A stretch of DNA of 54,067 nt, filler included, from an uncultured virus (IMG/VR IMGVR_UViG_2049941000_000645) (lineage: Duplodnaviria > Heunggongvirae > Uroviricota > Caudoviricetes). It is 28 parts of one record of this genome, joined end to end, with 100 filler letters (N's around TTAATTAATTAA, not from the genome) between each part and the next. Parts side by side here need not be neighbours in the genome. Positions count along the whole stretch, not along the records: positions 40,711 to 52,653 come from IMGVR_UViG_2049941000_000645; positions 52,754 to 53,206 come from IMGVR_UViG_2049941000_000645; positions 53,307 to 53,457 come from IMGVR_UViG_2049941000_000645; positions 53,558 to 53,696 come from IMGVR_UViG_2049941000_000645; positions 53,797 to 54,067 come from IMGVR_UViG_2049941000_000645; 23 more parts are not named here. One strand, given 5' to 3'. Shown in pieces: positions 46,677 to 54,067 of the stretch (position 1 is the stretch's first letter; every line of letters starts with the position of its first letter). A program made the position numbers and the translations under genes. Below the pieces are notes generated by a model, which did not search any database, had not been told where the DNA came from, and saw only the letters and a program-made list of their open reading frames with translations.

Positions 46677-47921
46677 TGACGAATGATATTGAAAATAAAG
46701 ATTTCATCGGTACACGTTATGAAACTGACGCGCAGTATGGCCTTTCCAAGTTTCAACTTACTACCTATGACGGGAATACGCCGATAAAGATGGTCGGCCT
46801 GCTAAACGACCTGCCCGAATTCTCGTTTTCGGTCGATTATACAGACGGCCCCGNNNNNNNNNNATGAAGAGAAAAACAAGATTAAAGGTGAATGCGACAT
46901 GAAACGCATGAAGACTGAACGCTTCATCACCCTGCTGTACGGGAAAATCTGCCGCTTCAGCGGGGACAAGGTCGTCGCATATAGAAAAGATTCACAATTT
47001 TCTGAAACCGACCTGTCGGTAGGCAACCTGAATACTGGCAATAATTCGTACAGCGTGCTGTACTATATCCGGCGCGACAATAAAACCCGTGTATATATCG
47101 GGATTAATACTGCGTACAATCAAAATACGTTAAATATACCCTATGTACACGACCACGACTATATTAANNNNNNNNNNTGGCAAGACATGCTGAGCTCGTT
47201 CATGTCCAACGACCTCGTACAGTTGATAAACGCGGTAGGAGCGAACGGTAACAACAGCAACTGGCGTAACTACATAAAGGCCGGTTCATGGACAAAGAAA
47301 ATATACAACGGCTATAAACCCGGGACAATCACCCTGAAATTCAGGATTTACGACGCAGATACGCTCGGTCAGACACCCGCAAAAATCTGGATGTCGANNN
47401 NNNNNNNAAAGGCATTCAACGATGATATCCTTACGAAAGTACGTACGCTCGCAGAAGAAATGGATACGACGAATACGAATGCCTATACAGATATGTCTGT
47501 AAGTAGTCTCAGAGAAAAAGTATTCGAACTACAAAATGTGGCAAATGAACTAGAGACCGGAGTCATCGGCAAATATGGGCCGTACAGGGTCGCAAGCAGA
47601 TTCAACCGTGAAAACAGCTTCGGCGCGAAGCTATGGTACTTGAATATCTATGACGACAACAACGTCATCTTCAATAGCGCATTCCCGCTGATCGTCTACA
47701 TATCCAACTGGACAGTAAAGTTTTCGGAAGAATCAAATATAAGCTCACACGTATATCACGAATTCAGCGTAACATGTAACCTCGACCAGACGTATTCACG
47801 TGCTCAATGGTACAGGATACTGTCGAAAGATGTCACAAACAACAGTCAGGACGCCTGGGTAAAAGACGCCAACAGTAAACAGTTCGACCCCGAATTGAAA
47901 AAAATATTATCCCAGCAATAA
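46676..47921 (+). CDS. Probable baseplate-tail tube junction protein; interrupted by an unrelated piece at 46864-47167
   Basis: Position after gp25; KIYNGYKPGTITLKF, VYISNWTVKF. Confidence 0.45.
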
Positions 47922-49309
47922 TTCCAAATCGGAATTCGTAAGCACCATCTGGGTTTCAAGAGAAATCTTGAAATCAACATATATCGGTTCAAGCTTTTCG
48001 TTCTGGTACGTAACGTTCAACGCCGGTTTAAACGACCAATTCTTTATCAGCCACTTTATACGANNNNNNNNNNNNNNNNNNNNNNNNNNNNNNNNNNNNN
48101 NNNNNNNNNNNNNNNNNNNNNNNNNNNNNNNNNNNNNNNNNNNNNNNNNNNNNNNNNNNNNNNNNNNNNNNNNNNNNNNNNNNNNNNNNNNNNNNNNNNN
48201 NNNNNNNNNNNNNNNNNNNNNNNNNNNNNNNNNNNNNNNNNNNNNNNNNNNNNNNNNNNNNNNNNNNNNNNNNNNNNNNNNNNNNNNNNNNNNNNNNNNN
48301 NNNNNNNNNNNNNNNNNNNNNNNNNNNNNNNNNNNNNNNNNNNNNNNNNNNNNNNNNNNNNNNNNNNNNNNNNNNNNNNNNNNNNNNNNNNNNNNNNNNN
48401 NNNNNNNNNNNNNNNNNNNNNNNNNNNNNNNNNNNNNNNNNNNNNNNNNNNNNNNNNNNNNNNNNNNNNNNNNNNNNNNNNNNNNNNNNNNNNNNNNNNN
48501 NNNNNNNNNNNNNNNNNNNNNNNNNNNNNNNNNNNNNNNNNNNNNNNNNNNNNNNNNNNNNNNNNNNNNNNNNNNNNNNNNNNNNNNNNNNNNNNNNNNN
48601 NNNNNNNNNNNNNNNNNNNNNNNNNNNNNNNNNNNNNNNNNNNNNNNNNNNNNNNNNNNNNNNNNNNNNNNNNNNNNNNNNNNNNNNNNNNNNNNNNNNN
48701 NNNNNNNNNNNNNNNNNNNNNNNNNNNNNNNNNNNNNNNNNNNNNNNNNNNNNNNNNNNNNNNNNNNNNNNNNNNNNNNNNNNNNNNNNNNNNNNNNNNN
48801 NNNNNNNNNNNNNNNNNNNNNNNNNNNNNNNNNNNNNNNNNNNNNNNNNNNNNNNNNNNNNNNNNNNNNNNNNNNNNNNNNNNNNNNNNNNNNNNNNNNN
48901 NNNNNNNNNNNNNNNNNNNNNNNNNNNNNNNNNNNNNNNNNNNNNNNNNNNNNNNNNNNNNNNNNNNNNNNNNNNNNNNNNNNNNNNNNNNNNNNNNNNN
49001 NNNNNNNNNNNNNNNNNNNNNNNTATGACGTTGTATTATACATCCATATAGGATAGCTCTTGAATGTTATATCGACTGACAGGGGACTGCCCGTTTTCGG
49101 CATTTTCTGTGTCCAGCCATCAGTAAACAACGGCGGCCTGTAATCCTCATTATTTTCCGCAAAAGCACGTAATAACTTGTGCGAGGTAAATTCCTGTACC
49201 TTATTGGTCAATGTCGCGACCGGGCTCAAATCCCATTCCATATCATACGATATTTCAGTCATTTCGTTTACTATGCCCGTAATAACCAGGTCATTGTCGA
49301 TCAGTTCGG
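47907..49309 (-). CDS. Probable baseplate-tail tube junction protein, mostly N
   Basis: SPLSVDITF...WLIKNWSFKP...PIYVDFKISLET. Confidence 0.45.
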
Positions 49310-49732
49310 NNNNNNNNNNGGCTTCCTTATTTCGGAAACTGTATCCGTCGTTGTCGAATAGATATTCTGGTTGACGTTCGACGATATACGATCCGCATTC
49401 GTCGTGGTAGCAGAAGACTCATTGGTTTCCTGTACGGCGGTAACAATCGACGCGATGGCGCGAATAGGCATACCGACAACATTACCGACACCGTTGATAA
49501 GCGTATTGGCAGCATTGGATAACGCTATACTCTTAACAGCTTNNNNNNNNNNCGCTTCCGACGCGAAAGACTTCGAGCGTATCAAAAAGCTTACCGACAT
49601 GGCAGTCAAGGCGTACCTGTTAAGCCACCCCAAGGCCGGTACGACGGTAGATGCCGATGATGAACTGCAGACCGTCAAGATTGCCGGAATGAGTCCTGGC
49701 GCCATTGACCAGCATATCGCGTNNNNNNNNNN

Positions 49733-50313
49733 ACCGTTCCTGCATTTCGGAACTGAACGTGACCTCATTCGACTGGTCGACCTGTACCGTAGTTTCCTGC
49801 TTGCCTTCCGGCCTAAACAAACTGAACAAGTTGCCTATCCCTTTGAACAGGGACAATACGCCGTTCACTATCATCTTCGGTATGGCCAGCATGGCATCCA
49901 TTATAAAGTTGCCGACTATCTTGAATATGTCGATAACCTTCTTGACGCCGTCTATAATCTTATCGCCGAACATACTGAACAATATGAATATACCGGCAAT
50001 CAGCAATACGAACATACCGACAATCAACAGGATGCCGCCCGCGACAAGCACGAATTCCGCGACCGCGAGAGTCTTCTTGAACAAGATATATGCCACGTGC
50101 ATTACGAACTTTGCAATCTCTATCGCGCGCTTGAACAGGAATTCAACCAATGCCTTTCCGAATATCGTATTTTCATGCGTCACTTTCAATGCCCACAACG
50201 CCATATCCTTAACGAATATAGCAGTAAGCGCCACCATTCTCGCGGCATGGTATGCGAGCTGCAGCGTCTTAATTAACAGCGGGATTCCGCGGAAAAGACC
50301 GAATACTACGCCG
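49733..50313 (-). CDS. Tape-measure-like protein, middle part
   Basis: Amphipathic/hydrophobic helices including a TM-like VLVAGGILLIVGMFVLLIAGIFILF. Confidence 0.55.
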
Positions 50314-50324
50314 ANNNNNNNNNN

Positions 50325-50987
50325 GACAAGGATATTCAGAAATCCCTGGCCTCCGGACAGCCGCTCGAAACTGCGGCGGCCAGTCTGCATGAACTCGCGG
50401 AAGAACACGTCCGCTACGCCAAGGTATACTGGAAAAACGACGAGACCGACGCCGTTATCGTACCCCAGACGAAACTCAACATGTTTGGCGAGATACTCAA
50501 GAACAGTGAACTCTACCCGTCCGACGTGAAGCGTACTGGTGAAAAGAACGCGAAAAGCGCCGGAGGCTATCTCGGCCCCGCGACCGGTTATGTCTATATG
50601 GTCCCGGCAGACAAGGTCCGTGAACTCAATGCAATCCGTAAAACCGACGGTTCCAATACGTTCAAGAAGCCGCTTACCACGCTCGACGCCGACGGCAACC
50701 CGAAAGAAGTTTTCAGACCGGGCAATACCGACACATTCGCAAGAAAGCAGTCTGACGGAAACTGGCTGTGCGGTATATCGACACATAACGATTATGCGAA
50801 ACTCTACGTACAACGACTCCAAGACGAAGGTATAATCGACGGTTTCAAACAGGTCAACCTGCTCGGCAAGAAGGGTAATCCTATCCAGGGCGGCATCCGC
50901 TCCATCATCGAAGATCCCGACAAGCTCGCTGCCGCTTCCGGCGAAAAAGTCACCAAGACCCGCAAATCCGGAGAAACAAAGGCAGCC
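50325..50987 (+). CDS. hypothetical protein fragment
   Basis: Stop-free frame. Confidence 0.55.
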
Positions 50988-50997
50988 NNNNNNNNNN

Positions 50998-51579
50998 TAG
51001 TCCCTTCAATATATTGCCGAGACCGCCCATGAATTCCTTGAAGCTGAACGGTAGCTTCGGGCGTTCCACTTTCGTCTCTTCCTGCGGGATCGACTTTTCC
51101 TTTTCCTCATCATTTCCGANNNNNNNNNNAATCTGCTTGTCCTTGTCTCGTTTTTCTGCTGCGTTCAGAAGCTTATAGAATAACTTGTTATTCTCCTTCT
51201 GTAAATCTGTCATATCGGACAATGCGGTAACTACTTTCGGTATACCGAGATCAGGTGCCTGCGTCTCCGCCTCTACAATCGCGGATTTCGTAACCTTGCC
51301 GGTCTCGGACACCGCCGCCGTCAGCTTGCGGTCTACCGGTTTCGCCTCGACCTGAGGCTTTNNNNNNNNNNTACTCTTCAAGATATCGGACGCGATAGTC
51401 CTTATCTTAAACAATACAGACAAATCACCGTCTATAGCATGAATCTCGCCGAGTAACATTTTATTATTGATAATATACTTCGTATTGAAGGTCTCGAGGG
51501 CTTCCAATTTCTGCGTATAGTCGCGTATACCTTTTAGATTTTCATTAATAGGCGCCAAATCTGTATTAGTTATAGCCAT
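50998..51579 (-). CDS. Tape-measure-like protein, N-terminal part
   Basis: ATG 5 nt from a late promoter; coiled-coil then FSFKEFMGGLGNILKGL. Confidence 0.5.
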
Positions 51580-51583
51580 ACAT

Positions 51584-51595
51584 TATTTATAAATA
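51584..51595. promoter_or_regulatory. Palindromic TATTTATAAATA late promoter
   Basis: Between divergent ATGs at 51579 (-) and 51621 (+). Confidence 0.75.
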
Positions 51596-52228
51596 TTATA
51601 AACAATGAAAGGATTTTAACATGATAACATTGGCAGACGAAGCGTACGATTTTATCAACGAGGCCGGCCGTAACGAACCGGACTACGTCAAGGTCATGAA
51701 ATGGGCCGTAAGGTATACATTTTAACTCCGCGAAAANNNNNNNNNNNNNNNNNNNNNNNNNNNNNNNNNNNNNNNNNNNNNNNNNNNNNNNNNNNNNNNN
51801 NNNNNNNNNNNNNNNNNNNNNNNNNNNNNNNNNNNNNNNNNNNNNNNNNNNNNNNNNNNNNNNNNNNNNNNNNNNNNNNNNNNNNNNNNNNNNNNNNNNN
51901 NNNNNNNNNNNNNNNNNNNNNNNNNNNNNNNNNNNNNNNNNNNNNNNNNNNNNNNNNNNNNNNNNNNNNNNNNNNNNNNNNNNNNNNNNNNNNNNNNNNN
52001 NNNNNNNNNNNNNNNNNNNNNNNNNNNNNNNNNNNNNNNNGGTTCGGTTTCGACAATACGTACCAGGTCGGAAGTATCGCCCTATCGCAAAACGAAATAC
52101 GCTGCAGATTCCACTATACCGACGGCGTCAAGATACATACAATACNNNNNNNNNNAAAGGAAATGAAAAAAGCCAGGAAAGCCTGGCATAATAAAAAACT
52201 CAAGGAACTTGACGATACACTCGATATA

Positions 52229-52653
52229 CTAGACTGACGCCTTCTCGCAGAATACGTTATGGTCCCAATACTGTATCGCATTAGAATACCACTCCACCTG
52301 TTCCATCGAAATCGGCGTATACCTGTGATAATCTGTCGCAAGGTCGAACCCGTTTTTCTTAGCGAACGCCCTTCCGTGTATATGACCGTACAGTACGACT
52401 GAATCCGGATATCGCGGATGCGTAGATCCCTCGTCCGGTTCATGCACGACATGGTATGTCTTCTTGTTATGCTCGAACGTCGCCTTGGAAACGATATCGA
52501 TATGGCGTGTCTTCAATNNNNNNNNNNATCATCTCGAGGTCCATCTCGAAGAGATTCGGGAAAGGACGCCTCGAAAATTCAAGCGTACGTTGCTGCGAAA
52601 AATGCGTATCCGACGTAAAGTACGTATCTTTCGGGGATTTTTCCAATTTCTTG
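52229..52653 (-). CDS. Calcineurin-like metallophosphoesterase, gapped
   Basis: YFTSDTHF...RRPF...EMD; VHEP; LYGHIH; PISMEQV. Confidence 0.85.
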
Positions 52654-52753
52654 NNNNNNNNNNNNNNNNNNNNNNNNNNNNNNNNNNNNNNNNNNNNTTA
52701 ATTAATTAANNNNNNNNNNNNNNNNNNNNNNNNNNNNNNNNNNNNNNNNNNNN

Positions 52754-52885
52754 CCTCCGAGTGCCTGGATAATATTGTTACCGTTACCGTAACCGGAGTG
52801 ATAGCTGCCTCCCGACTTAATGGCCTCGTTCACCACGTCGATCATCTCGAGATCCGGATAACGGGCGGCAACCGCGTCGAACGAA
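52754..52885 (-). CDS. GH10 endo-1,4-beta-xylanase fragment (acid/base region)
   Basis: FDAVAARYPDLEMIDVVNEAIK...NIIQALG; not in the ORF track. Confidence 0.8.
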
Positions 52886-52912
52886 GCCGCTTACCACGCT
52901 CGANNNNNNNNN

Positions 52913-53206
52913 NAGAAAGATATTCCTTCAACCAGGTCATAGCGGCGCGGTCCCTGCCGTCCTTGATAATACCGGATGTACCGTCATTCCATGTAGCGCC
53001 ATAAATATATCCCCATAGAGTAATACCGGCGACATGCTCGTTTTCCATGAACAGCGTAATCTGTTCCTGGTAACACTGCTTCTGTGTCTGGTCATTATCC
53101 GTAAAGATATCGTATTCGGAAATGAACATCGGTGTTTCCGTCTTCTGCCAAATCTCGTCAAGAACGCTACGCAACGTATTGATACTCAGACAGCCGCCAC
53201 CGCCCC
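52913..53206 (-). CDS. GH10 endo-1,4-beta-xylanase fragment (nucleophile region)
   Basis: PMFISEYDI, VAGITLWGYIYGATW, RAAMTWL. Confidence 0.85.
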
Positions 53207-53327
53207 NNNNNNNNNNNNNNNNNNNNNNNNNNNNNNNNNNNNNNNNNNNNTTAATTAATTAANNNNNNNNNNNNNNNNNNNNNNNNNNNNNNNNNNNNNN
53301 NNNNNNCTATGCCGTGCTTGATTTTAA

Positions 53328-53457
53328 CATGGCGAGAAACACAGTCATATTTCATAAATTCCTGACCACATATCTGACACTGTAATCGATTCATAGGATC
53401 AATTATGGGCTTTGTATCATCTGTACCGTTTCGTATAAAATCAACTATCTGTTTTTC
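53328..53457 (-). CDS. C2H2 zinc-finger-containing fragment
   Basis: CQICGQEF...SRHVKIKHGI. Confidence 0.55.
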
Positions 53458-53537
53458 NNNNNNNNNNNNNNNNNNNNNNNNNNNNNNNNNNNNNNNNNNN
53501 NTTAATTAATTAANNNNNNNNNNNNNNNNNNNNNNNN

Positions 53538-53696
53538 NNNNNNNNNNNNNNNNNNNNGGCCACCACCCTGGGTCATCATGTCGTGTGCCTGTAAGCCGTA
53601 AGCATCTACAGGCGCACCCTGTTTCTTCAGTTTCTGGATAAGGTCAATACCTTCGTTCTTCTGCCACTGGACAGTATTGTAGTCGTTATAAATCAA
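53538..53696 (-). CDS. GH10 xylanase fragment
   Basis: LIYNDYNT...GAPVDAYGLQAH. Confidence 0.85.
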
Positions 53697-53799
53697 NNNN
53701 NNNNNNNNNNNNNNNNNNNNNNNNNNNNNNNNNNNNNNNNTTAATTAATTAANNNNNNNNNNNNNNNNNNNNNNNNNNNNNNNNNNNNNNNNNNNNAAA

Positions 53800-54066
53800 T
53801 TACCATTCGAGTGCTTCAGGAGCGTCAGCGAACAAGCCGTTGAACTTGAGCAAGCGATAGTAATTCTCAGCACCAAGCATGTTGTGGGCAAATCCGTAGC
53901 GGGTCATAATACCAACTCTCGGAGAGAAATCATTCGGGTCAATCGCCTGGTTGACAACACCGGTAACGTACGGGCAGAAGATAACGCCAGCGTCATAGAG
54001 GCTTGTGCCCTTGAACGCGAGGAGAACTTCACCGTTGTCGTTAGCGCCGAATTCGTCAACAGCGTA
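53800..54066 (-). CDS. Major capsid protein (T4 gp23-like), C-terminal part
   Basis: FKGTSLYDAGVIFCPYV...DPNDFSPRVGIMTRYG...YYR; not in the ORF track. Confidence 0.93.
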   Translation of the reverse strand, partial: YAVDEFGANDNGEVLLAFKGTSLYDAGVIFCPYVTGVVNQAIDPNDFSPRVGIMTRYGFAHNMLGAENYYRLLKFNGLFADAPEALEW

Positions 54067-54067
54067 C

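Noticed and set aside
5302..49262. Long ORFs in the track made mostly of X, and fusions across gaps (e.g. 18698-19159, 42218-44059)
   Set aside because: Artefacts of translating through N runs
447..53752. Regularly recurring TTAATTAATTAA as a CRISPR or biological repeat
   Set aside because: Always centred in 44+44 N; an artificial six-frame-stop linker
1..54067. Stop-codon reassignment as in some gut jumbo phages
   Set aside because: Recognisable genes read through in the standard code, and TAG ends nrdD and the phosphoesterase at expected positions

Overview
This window is not contiguous DNA. It is about 28 small, gap-riddled scaffolds joined by an artificial 100-nt linker (44 N + TTAATTAATTAA + 44 N). 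Inside scaffolds, 10-N gaps often join pieces of different genes out of order. Nearly all readable sequence belongs to one large T4-like myophage or a population of close relatives. The evidence is the major capsid protein gp23, baseplate gp5/gp25/hub, gp41 helicase, UvsX, UvsY, UvsW, gp32, NrdD/NrdG, a dimeric dUTPase/dCTPase and T4-type TATAAATA late promoters. The accessory content is the most interesting part: four glycosyltransferase fragments plus a TupA-like ATP-grasp ligase, many repeat-rich fibre/adhesin genes (YadA-head, SHAEG, DUF285/BspA, C1q-like, Pro-Gly-Thr), RtcB, and a P-loop kinase fused to a fibre-type module. GH10 xylanase fragments sit on scaffolds with no phage gene. Most CDS are partial, gene order across N-runs is unreliable, and all family calls are from motif recognition by eye, not database searches.
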